A stretch of 64,000 bases of DNA. It comes from Lama guanicoe (lineage: Eukaryota). Both the position numbers and the translations under genes were made by a program. The stretch covers positions 2,253,058 to 2,317,057 of the forward strand of contig MU053487.1 of assembly GCA_013239625.1 (NCBI GenBank). The letters run 5' to 3'. The notes below the pieces were generated by a model. The model saw only the letters and a program-made list of their open reading frames with translations. It was not told the DNA's origin and did no database searches. Of the stretch, positions 14,101 to 26,100 are shown piece after piece; the stretch's first letter is position 1; the number at the start of each line of letters is the position of its first letter.

Positions 14101-17100
14101 GGAACAATTCCCTTCGCCAATTTATACTTTGCTGATCATAAAGGCTGCTGTCCCTATACCAGTGGTGCTGAACCAGGGGTACACATCAGAATATGGGGCT
14201 CATTCAACTGCTCGTGCCAGGTCCTCTCCACAGGATCCAACAATGAAAAAGGGGGTGCCTTCCAGAGCCATGCCCTGAGGACAGAGAAATGTGGGTTTTG
14301 GTCACCCAGCCCCTCCAACAGCGTTGGGAGATAGGAGTTCTATAAATGCTTCCTGAATGAAGAAGGGCAGCGACTAAAAATTCCTATTAAGAGCATCAAA
14401 TTCCTTGGGCCAGTTCTTCCCATACAACACAAGTGGAAGACCACGGAAGGCCACGAAGCTGAGTTGCTCAGAGGCATCCAGACCCTGTGATGGACAAGCA
14501 ACATCAGGAGACTTTGAGAGCCCTGGAAACCGGGCTGAGCTGTGTGGTACATGCTGCACTCTGGGAGGCCACCTGGCTTCTGACCGTTTTTCTGAATCCT
14601 TGGCTACACAAATCAGAATTTTAATCTAATTTTACACTGGATGTATGTACATGGGCGAGTGTGTATGTGTATGTGTATATGTGTGTTTGGGATGTGTGTG
14701 TTTTCTCTCACCATCAAACTATAGCCTACCAAATGTGTCTAGAAAAAGAGAAACCAGGGGGAGGATATAGCTCAGTGGTAGAGTGTGTGCTTAGCATGCA
14801 CGAGGTCCTGGGTTCAATCCCCAGCACCTGCATTAAAAAATAATAACTAAATAAACCTAATTACTACACCCCCCAAAACAACAACAACAAAAACCTACAT
14901 CAGGCATAAATACTGAAATGTTAGAAATATTCCCATTAACTTCAGGAATAACACAGGAATATGACAGGAAAAAGAAATAACAAGTATAGAAAAGAAGATG
15001 AAAACTGCCCTTATCTGCACCAACATGCCAACTTCTAACAGGCAGAAGTAGGAGGAGTGTTCAGCAAGATTGTGAGACACCAGATCAACATACAAGAACC
15101 AGCAGCTTTCCTCTCTACCAGTAAGACGTGACTGGGAAAATATAAAAAGAGAAAAAAGGTATAGCCATGATTATGACAAAAAGTATAAGGTCCCCAGGAC
15201 AAATCTAACTGCTGAGGAAAATGTCTGGGGAAAATTATAAAATATCACGAAAAGGCAGTAAAAAAAAAAAATCTAAATAGAGAAATATGCCGAGGTTCAG
15301 AAATCCCTATAATGTAAAGATGTGTATTCTTCCCAAAGACAGAAATTGAATGAAATTCCAATCAAAAACACAAAGAATCACTGGAGAAGTCTGATAATAC
15401 AGTAAGACAGTATGATAGTAGCATAAGAACATGGTGAGCATTCTATAAATGATAAAGGAAATATTCTGGCATTAGTGTCCCACTATTTCAACCCTCTGTG
15501 TCTTTGTAAAATGGGAATGACGCCTACCTTGTAGGATTGTTGTGAGGATTAAAAGCAGGTACTATATGTGCTCAGCATCGTGCTTGGCACAGAGGAGGGG
15601 CACAAGTGAGATTCAAATCAAAAGCGCCTGAGTGTGTGTCATCTCCCACCACCTCCCACCTGCCTTTTCTTGCTTCTCCTTGGAAGAAAAGCTGCTTTCA
15701 GGATTAATGATTTGTAATTGGTGAATTACTTTATCTTTCACAAGCACGTAGTTCCAAAGTGCTGTAACAAAAGTTCTCAAGCAGTTTAAACGTTCCCCTG
15801 AGATGTTTTCATACCATGGCCAACACCTTAAGATGTAATAACTTAAAGGTCCACTTCCATTTAACCACAGCTTAAATGATCAGCCTAAGAGTGAGTACTG
15901 GCAGAAATCATAAGATCTCTTTTTCATGAGGGTAACCACTAACAACTCCAAAACAGTGTCCTTATTCCAGCTAGGTCAAGGGCCTGATAAAAGCTTGACC
16001 ACAGCTTCAAAAGCAGCCCAAGGTCAGCGCCCAAGCACCTCCCTCGCAGGCAAGCCCAAGGCACCGACATACCCGAGTGGGACCTGTAGTTCTGGTACAG
16101 CTGGTGGATCTTCTTCGGCTTCCGCACGGCACACTGCTTGTCACCGGTGCTCTTGCTGGCGTAGTGGAACAGGGAGCGCAGGTCGCTGAAGCGGAAGGCC
16201 ACGCCCTTCATGATGGTCTGGGCCGTGTCCCCGGTAAGGAACATGGCGTTGGGGTCATTGATGCATTTCATCAGCAGCGCCAGCTCGGCTTGGGTGAAGT
16301 CCTGGATCTCATCACCATAGAGCTCGTGGATGGACCACGGGAGCACCTTGACCTTCGACAGCCTCCGGGACAGGTTGTAGAGGACATCCTCTTCGTCAAA
16401 GTAACCTTTCTGAGACCTGATCTGCTGATACAGGCAGAAAAGGACGTAGATCTCGCTCCGGTCTTCCTTGAAATTGGGGGACCGCTTCCGCCCTAATTTC
16501 TTGTATGCTTCTTCTGTCAGTTTCCCTTTGGGGGAGCTGAGAGCCTCAAAAGATCCCTTCAGAAAAGATTTTATTTCCTTCCAAATCAGTGCGGGGTTGT
16601 AGGAGGTTTTCCCTTTGATCATTTTTGGCCATATTTCATTGGCAAACACCTCATATGTCACAAACACCCGGGGGTCGCTGTCACACGGCCGCGTTTCCGC
16701 AGCCTTCTCCTCTTCGCCGTAGCCCTCCTCTGCCTCGGCCTCTTCCTCCTCCTCCTGCCAGTTGGGGATGGTCAGCTCTTCCTGCGTGGACCATCCTATG
16801 ATGGTTCTCTTCAAGCTGCCATCTTCATTTCTCAGGAAAAATGGCTTGGGCAGAGAAGCATCAAGCAAGAGGAGCAGCTGCTTGGAGGTGACAAACAGTG
16901 GAAAGTTCTCATCCCTCAGGTCCTGGAGTCTGTGGACATTGGGTTCCAAGGGTTTGTAGTGGCTGGTGGCCTTGGTAGACTTGGAAAGCTCCACGAAATT
17001 CCTCTGCACCTCCTGGCACAGGACGTGGTTCTTGGTCACGAAGATCTGATGTAAATGCTCCAGCTGGTGGGGCTGTTCTGGGGTGCATCCCTCCGCCCCT

Positions 17101-20100
17101 TGCCCGGGGCCCCCAGGCTCCTCGCTGGCCCCGTGGGCACAGGCTTCAGTCTCCTGCTCCTCTTCTCCGCTGTCCAGTATTTCCACCTCCAGGGAACCTT
17201 CCTCCTCCTCCTCTTCCTCCTCCTCCTCCTCCTCCTCCTCTTCTCCCCCACCAGGACCCTCCTTTCGGGGCTCTACTTCCAACCTTCTCTTCAGCCAGAT
17301 CTGTCTGGCCAGGAGCGGGCTCCCCGCCTGCCCTGCCTTCTCCCAGTAAACGTGGAATTTCTTCCACAGCCGGTACAGGCAGCAAGTGGTCTTGCCGGTG
17401 CCGCTCCGCCCGATCAGGATGATGGGCTCCAGCGGCCGGGGGTTGAGGTCGATCACGGCGTACTCGAGCTCGCCCACACGGAAGGGGTACTCCACGGTGG
17501 CCGTCGTGTCATTGAGGATGTTGGAGGCCATGCTGGTGCTGAAGCTGTGGAACTTCATGATGTTATACTCCGTCTCCACGGCGCTGCCCGGCGGGAAGTA
17601 CTCGGGCTCCGCACGCGCCCCGCTCTGTTCGGCCTCCGTGTCCTCCACGTAGCAGCGGGGAATCCGCTTCTGGATCTTCATGTTGGCCGACACCTGGCCC
17701 TTGTTGATACCCTTTAACTTCTTGCGCAGGACACAGGACAGGCCCCGGTTGTAGGCGCTGCAGATGGCCTGGATGGAGTCCGGCAGCCTGTCGTGATCCA
17801 ACACGACGTCCCAGATCCGGATGATTTCCGTGTAGACCCGCCCCACCTTCTCCGAGGGGTGCGCGCCGCGCTCTGCGGCGATGATCTTCTCAGGGTTCTC
17901 GCTGCACCGAGGGGAGAAGTCGATGGCGAGCTCCCACAGCATCCGGGCCCCTTTGTCCAGCTTGGCCTCGAAGAGCTGGATGCTCCCTTTCAGGTTCCTC
18001 AGCCGCTTCCGCAGGCCCCGCGTCCACTCACCGTTGCCCAGATTCTGGATGGCGAGGATGATTTTCTTCTTCATGACCTTGGTCATGATCTTGCTGGACA
18101 GCTTCTTCAGCATCTCCGAAGTGCACTCGATCTCCCATGTCATGTTCTCGAAGTCCAGGAGGCAGGCCTCGACCTCTGGCAGGCTCTGGTCGTCCTGGTC
18201 GTCACTGCCCTCTGTCCCCCTGTGACCAGCAGGCACGGGCTGCTGGGCCCCGAGGCTCCCATGGACGCATCCCTCCACGGCCTCAAGGGCACCAGGGTTG
18301 TTCCCACTGCTGTCAGAGGCCCCCGCCCCCGGGGCGCCCTGAGGCTCCTTCTCCACTTCAGGGCCAGCTCCCGCCTCCAGAGGCTCAGGAGCCTGGGGAC
18401 AAGCCTCTGAGAGGGACGGATCCATTTCCACCTGCCGAATCAAAGCCGTGATGTCCTGCACGAGGCAGTCTCTCCGTGAGCTGGGCCTGGACGCCCCAGG
18501 CTCCGGCCTCATCGCCTGGGCATCTGGGAGGGTCTCCCAGCTGTCAGGGACCACGGCTCCTCCGGGCGGGGCTCGGGCACCGCCGCCGCAGGATGGCAAC
18601 TTGGAGGAGCCCTTGATCTGGGACGCGTGAGCTGGGGCCGCGGAGCGCAGGGGCTTCCCGGCGTGGGCGGCGGTGTCCGGGCGGCCCCTGCGCCTGCTCT
18701 CCAGCAGGGCTTTGTTCCAGGCCAGGAGCAGCGCGTCGTTCTTCTTAACGCGGTGCCGCACGTCCTTGCCTTCCTTGTTCTTCAGGTTGAAGTTGATGTC
18801 AAACTTCACCAGCAGACCTATCAGCTTCCCCATGCGCTTCAGCATGCCCTTCTGGAAGAGGATGTGCATCAGCGTGTTCCCGCTGCTGTCCTGGTTGTTG
18901 GGGTTGAGGTAGTGAAATTCGCTGGGCTTGGACCAGAACAGATTCAACAGGTGATTGAGGAAGTTAAAACCGACGTCAGCTGAAAGACACAAAAACCCTG
19001 ATGAGTGCTCAACAGCTCTTCTGGGGAGCACAGACCCCGTGGATTTGAGAGAGATGCCAGCCAGGGGTCCCGAGAACACGGAACTTCCCCAAGGATTTGA
19101 TAACCCACTGATTCTCAACTGGGGGCGATTTGGTCCCCAACAGACATGTGGCCATATCTAGAGACATTTTTGAGGGTCACAATTTAGGAGGTACTACTGG
19201 CATATAGTGGGTGGAGGCCAGAGATTGCTAAACATCCTACAATGCACAGGTCACCCACCACACACACACAAAGAATTATCCCTCCCAACTGTCAACTGTG
19301 CCAAGGCTGAGAAACCCTGAAATCACCTTATAATATTCCAGTAAGATCCTTTATGTCAAGTCCCTTGAAAATGATGTAAGTAAATGGAAAATATTTGCAG
19401 CTATGGACTTCGAAACTTAAGAATCCTTCTCAGTGAACCCACCCTGACCATTCACTGTGATGCTCACTCCTTCCCATCAAGCTACGTGTGAGGGGCCAGG
19501 AGATACGCACCTGGCCAAGAAACAAGCCTTTTCCAGACAGTTGGTTTTCCCAATAGGAAAGACCAAAGAGCATCGCATCAGTTCTGATATCCAGTTTCCT
19601 CCTCAAGAAAAAGACTGCTTACAAAATAAAGGCCTACCTTTGATCTCTAGAAAGATGTGGAGTGCAGCATGCAAAGGAGTGTCGCCTTCGGTGAGAGAAA
19701 TGCCTCGAGGATCTGCACCCTTGGTCAAGAGGAGGAAGGCCAGTTCGAAGTCCTCATGCTTCAGGCACGTGGTGATCGGCCTCTCCTGGCTGCCCTGGAG
19801 ACCCTCGGGGGAGGCTGGCAGAGGCAGAGAGAAGGGCACAGTCAGCTGCATCCCTGAGCGGAGGCACAGCCCTGCACCCCTGTGGGGCTGGGACCGCTTC
19901 TGCCCTTTATTCCAAAGCAAGAGCTGATGCTGATCCTACTTCCAAGCCCTCCTGCCAGCACCCTTTCTGGGAGGCAAGGGCTTCCCAGGCACCCTCAGAG
20001 GGAAAGCCTAGCTCCTCCAAGTGCCCTGTCCATGGGCCTCGCCTCCTCTCCCATCTCTCCAGTTCCCCCTCCCATCCCGCCACAGGACCACCATTAGCAC

Positions 20101-23100
20101 TGCCCTGGAGTAGGGACTGGCACAAACAACTGAACTCCCAGGGTTTTCCCAGCACCGTCCCCGACACACAGTGATCAAGACGTAGGAGTGTTTCACACAT
20201 CCTTTGCTTCTAGGAAGCTCCTTCCCGAAAATGCCCTTCTGCCCTCATTTGTCATCTTCCCTGACACTCCTCCACCCCCCCACACCACCTTCCTTTTAGC
20301 TCAGTCCACGCCTCCCCTCTGCAGCGCAGGCTCCTTGACCTCCATCCCCTGCAGCCCTGTACCCTCATGCACGCAACACCACCCGCAGCCATGTATTCAC
20401 TCTCCATCCTTGGGTCCTAGCACCTGACCCCAGGGAGGTACTCGATAAATGCCTGCTTCGTCAGGAACAAAACAGGAATGCCATAAGCGCCTTCATTTAT
20501 GGGCAAAGGTAGCAATGCTCCACACAAGGAATGGATTGAAGAATTAAAGCAGAAATAACATGGAGGCATTCCATCTACCTCTTGAAACCCATGGGCTTTG
20601 TATGGCACTTTGAGGGTTGGGACCAATGTGTCATCACTCCTTCTGAAGGTCATTTCCCCTTAAACTGCAAGGCAGGCAGAAAAGCACACAGCCAAGGCAC
20701 TCTTCCAAGAGCCTGCATCTCTGAGCTCATTGAATATTCAAAACAGACCTAAGGGGGACTATTTTCACCCCCATTTTATAAATGAGGAGACAGAGGCATA
20801 AGTAGCGTGCCCAAGATCACAGTTAGTAGTGGCCTTACTGGGGGGTGCTGGGGAGAGGGGGTGGGAGGAGGTTGGTGTTTCCAAATTAGTTTTAAAATAA
20901 AACCCAGTCCAGCAAGATGTGTGCACACTCCAGACACACATCCAGCCAAGTGTGACTGTGCTGATTAAAGCGGCAGATGTTTCCACCCACCCATTTATCT
21001 GGCTGTTTCTTTAAAAACAAACATCTCAAATCCCAATCCGTGGATCAGAAAAGAAGGCCACACAGTTTGACAAGCACCCATATGGCACACTGAGTGCAGG
21101 GAGAAGTCCAGCTGGAAGTCAGGAGGAAATGACTGCTGTGGCTACAATCGGGGCCAAGGCCCCTCCCACAGGCCTGAGGTTCCTTACACAAGAGAGAAAG
21201 GGGAGAATTCACAAAAATGCACTGACCCCAACACTGCTTCAAAATGAGAAGACATGAGGGAGGAAGAGAATGAGGCAGAATTTAAAGGAGAAAGGGAAAT
21301 CAAGAGGAAGTCCTGTGATGGCCTGGACTCCCCTGGGATGACCCCCGGATGCTCACTCAGCTTCGAGGACTCACCTCCGTGGTCTATCAGGTGGCCCAGG
21401 AGCTGGGTCCTCCGCTGGTCCCAGGTGCAGAGGTGGGGGAAGACCACACAGAGGTCGAGGTCCGAGAGGTCGCAGTCTTTGATGAGGCAGTCCCCGAGCG
21501 GCGGCTCCCCGCTCGCTTTGCGGGTCAGCAACAGAAGCACCTCGAGCCATCGCTGTTTTTCCAGTAAAAACTTGATGAAGGTGTTGGCACAGTCGCGGTT
21601 AATGTCATAGACCAGGTCAGGAGGAATTTCTTTCAAAAACAAGAATACATCACACTCCAAAGAAGGTTTATGTGGTTTCTGCCCCCAACAACAACCCAAC
21701 AGATCAGTACAGAAATACCCCAAGTTCCTGGTCAGTATTTTCAGGTCCTGGGGAACCATAAACAAGTACTTAGTTACTCGGGCATGCTACTCAACCACAC
21801 GTGAGCCTCAGGGCCAGCACCAGCCACATGAGCTCCTTGGGAAGGCTGGAAATACCTTAAGGAAGTAGAGCCTTAGCCAATAGAAGAAACATCTGTGGCA
21901 TTTTTTAAAAAAAGGATGATATATGCAAATAACAGTTCCAGGAGGATGCATGAAAAACAAGTAACAGAGGTGGCCTCTGGGGATGAAATTTGGGGACTGA
22001 AGTTCAGGGGTAGATGACAGATTTTTCACTGAAGAACATTCTGTGTTGATCGAATGTTTTACATGTAGATCATGACATTATTTCAAAATCAGTGTTTTAG
22101 AGGGGGGAGGGGATAGCTCAGTGGCGGGGTGTGTGCCTAGCATGCATGAGGGTCCTGGGTTCAATCCCCAGTACCTCTATCAAAACATAAAATAAATCTA
22201 ATTACCTCCCCACTTCCACCAATAAAATAAAATTAAAATAAAATAAAGTGATGCTATTTTTTAAAATAAGTAATTAAATACACAAATCAATTTTTTTTAA
22301 AAGATATGAGAGAAGGGTTTTAAGGAGCCTAAATCATCCTTGGGCACGACTGAAGGCAGTGAGGAAAGTTACCCTGCAGCGAAGAAAGAAGGCGTAAGAA
22401 TCTCTGAACCACTTCTTGCTTCAAAAAGTTTTTCTGCAACCGGCTTCCTGAGTTCATGTAGGTCACCAGCTGCTCGGAGGCCTTCCGGAAAATGTCGCTT
22501 TCGCTAGCGGGTCCCTCACCGTTGCTCAGACCTGCAAAACACCCCCAGGTGCTGCTTCTGACTGCAGAGATCATGGCAGCAGTAAATGGCAGAGATGACC
22601 ACACCTCTCCATCCCTCTCCGTATCCATGTGACTTCCAAGTGCCAGCCACTAGAGGACCCCACCCCAGCCTCCTCCGGCACCCCCACCTCCCGGTTCTGG
22701 CCTGGCTTCAAGACTTGCCGTGACTGGGAGAAGACAGTGGATGTGATTTTTGTGTCAATTCTGAGCCTAGGATTTGAGAGGCCTTGTTTATGAGTTCTGT
22801 TCAGGTCTAGGATAGATAAGAAACAGCAGCCCAGTCGTCCAAACTGAGGCCCCTTGGATGTGAAAGAGCCTAGCTAAGATCAGCAAGAGGCAGACACCTG
22901 AAGGAGTTCCGTTAAGGCTGTGAGAATAGCCCAGTCTCAACTGCTGGATCCTGAGCTAACTAAGTGTTTGCTCCTTCAAGCTACTAAGTTTGGGGATCGT
23001 TTGTTACACAGCCATAGGTAACTGATATAATGGTTCAGGGACATGACAGCAAGAGGATGGCTTAGAGCAGCAGCAACATCCAGCCACGTGGCAGCTGCCC

Positions 23101-26100
23101 ACACACCTTACTGACAAGCAGAAAAAGCCTAGAGTTAAGGAGCCAGCTCTCTGGGCAAAAATGGGCAGACACTATCCCCTTGCTTCAGTTTACTGAGAAA
23201 GGAGTCATGATTCAAAATCACCCACTGAAGGAAGGCTGGAAAAGGGTAAATGTTTTATTTGGTATCAGATGATACACTCAAAAAGCCCTTCTGGTTAAAA
23301 TGGAATTTTACTGCACAGATAACTGGACATGTGCTTTCATACCCAGTGAGACAGGCCTGGCCCACGGCATACGTGCTATCACATTGTGAACAGGGGAACG
23401 TGTGTTCCCTGTCATGTTCTAACAGGACGGGAGCACTTTAAAGAAGATGCCCTATGAAAATGAGGGGGAATAAAAGCATCCCACCATCAGACAGGTCTCC
23501 CAGCAGCAGACCCCAAAGATCACAAACAACTGTGAGAAAAACAAAGGCTGCAGTTTTGTTCTTGGTCCTGAGGACTTTGGGGCACCAGCTGCCAGAGAAG
23601 GTGGATGTGCTGCCATCTAGTGGTGGCCGGGAGAGGCAGGGAAGACAGCCAGGTAACCCTGACCACTCAGGATCCCCCGCTGGGCTACAGCTTCCAAGGC
23701 AGCTAATGAGAAAGGCAGGATCTCGGGTCCTGCTCTGAACCTGCGAAAGTAAACTCTGCATTTTAACAGGCTCCCAGATGCTTCATGTGCACATTAACAT
23801 CAAGAAGCTCTGGTGTGGAGAACAGCAGAACCTTTCAGTGAGACTCTTTGTTTCTCAAGTTTTTTCTCACCTAGATGCAAAAGCCACTGAAAGACACCAT
23901 CTCCATTTTCATCACAGTAAACCTCCCAAGGAGCGAAAGGTGAGAGCATCTCTTATCCTAGTCTATAAACGGGAGCGCTTGTTCATCTGGGTACAAAAGC
24001 TAGTGTCCTACTGGTGCTTTACTCAGGACCACAGATGTAAAAACCAGAACCCATCAGGTTGGACTTGGGTCAGAACTAGGGTACCAATCCCATAGCAGGA
24101 GCTCTTCTCAGAGATAATGCTTCCAATGGGCCCGGTAATGTGTGAGGATGGGGAGAGATAAAGGTCCATGCAATCTTCGTTTTTATGACTGGAGATCCAC
24201 ATTTATTCCCATGGCCCCAGGCCCTCTCTTTGTGTCTCCCTCCCACTATCCTCTCAGCTACTACTCTGGACAGAAACCCGTGCTAGGGCTAAAGTCTAAA
24301 ACAACGCTGTCCTACACAGTGGCTGCTAACTTAATGTAAAATTAAAGTTAACTAAATCAAATTAAAATTTCAGTTCCTCAGCTGCACAAGCCACACACAT
24401 TTCAAGTGCTCAGTGGCCCTATGTGACTCACGGCTAGCACATCAGACAGAGCAGTTATAGGACATCTCCATCAGTACAGAAAAGTATTGCATGGTACAGG
24501 TCTACAAAGATCCCTCAGCTCCACCTCAGGTTTTAAAGTTTGCGCAACCAACAAGATCTTAGAAACAAAATGTACGCATACGACTCTAAACAGCCATGTG
24601 ACGCTCAAACGAACAGCCACATTTGATACAGAGATCATATTCCAATACCGGCTTCTACAAGGGTTCCACCACTAGTCTTCGGGAAGAGCTCTCTGGGAAG
24701 ACTCCAACTTGTTACCCTGCATGGTAACTGTCATCCTCTTCCTTTCTGATTTTTTATCATTTTCTTTTGCTTTCTTTGACTTGGTGTTTCCCTAGAGTCG
24801 TTCAGTATCCCTCTAGCGTGGCAAGGAAAGCTTCGTGGTCAATGGTCTGGAAAGCTTTAAAGTAATCAGACATCCAGTAAGTTCACCGATGAGCACTGGG
24901 GGATTTAGGCTTGTCTGCATTTACTGCAACACAAACTCCCTAGCGACCCAGACGTCAAGTCTGGAACCAGGCACGTTCCCTGCTCCTGCATGTGTTTATC
25001 TGCCAGGCGCGTCTGACAGCTGAATTCTGATGATTGGAAAGGGGGCCAACTGTGATCCTACTGAGTCTCTTCTCTTGGTGCCAAACCTGGACCACAGATC
25101 TAGTTGGTGAAGGAGGAGACAGGTGAAGGGAGAGCAAGACCATTTCAGAAGATAAGACGTTTTTAGGATCAGCAGACATTCAAAGATTCATTATACAAGG
25201 AAAATGAAAAAAATCAAAACTTTAAAAACGAAACCAGAAGTTCATGATTTATACTAAAGTCCGTAACACTAAACATAACATACATCTATACATCTACAGT
25301 ATTCTAAGAATTAAGGTTGTAATTAATGAACGATAAATTTGCAAGCAAACCAGCCATTTTCTACCATTAACTGGTGGTCCTTCCTTACAAGGTTATTTTA
25401 AAACCTGGAAATTCATTGGCAGAGAAATCTGGTTACTTTCAATTTCTCAAACAGTAGAAACCCTCCTGAAACAGATTACAGGCATAAGCTCTCAGGAGGC
25501 ATTTCAAAATGACTTATTAAATATACTATCTCACCAAAGAAATTACAATTCTTTAAAATAGAGGTCATTTGAAAACAAAACATGATATATCACAGTTTTA
25601 AAAGAACATCCCGGAAAAACAGGACTCTACAGATACATTTCTCTCCCCTTATTCCCACATTTTCCTAGAAACAAGGACATATTTTAAATAAATAAGTAAG
25701 AATTAAAGCATAGATGGGGAAGGCAGTGGGGGAGGGGCAGTGATAAAAAGCAGCTTCAATCTTCCTCACATAAAGCTTTCCTGACCCTGGAAATTACCAA
25801 GATCCTCAGCCTGGAAGAGTCCCTCCCACTCTCCCCCAAACACACACACCCCACGTACTGCCTTCAACTTGCCGCCTACTCACCCATTCCAGGGAGGGAG
25901 TGTTTCTGGGGAAACACATCCAAGTAACTTCAATAAACGTGCACTAACCATCTATCAAGTATTAGTAAGTCTTGTCCTTCATTCATAAATACAAACCATC
26001 CAAAGATCAGAAGATAATATAGGAAAGGCAAGTGCACAAAGGAGAAGCAAGAAGACAGGTCCACTAACCCCTTAAAAACATAAATAATTCAGAGAAAAGA

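Noticed and set aside
16077..18983. Several long plus-strand and alternative-frame ORFs (e.g. 220 aa, 205 aa)
   Set aside because: Shadows of the GC-rich coding exon; no domain-like sequence.
15939..19118. 1059-aa ORF as a stand-alone intronless gene
   Set aside because: Its ends are intronic read-through (the start lies in a MER20 copy); splice sites at 18979 and 16073 join in frame to the neighbouring exons.
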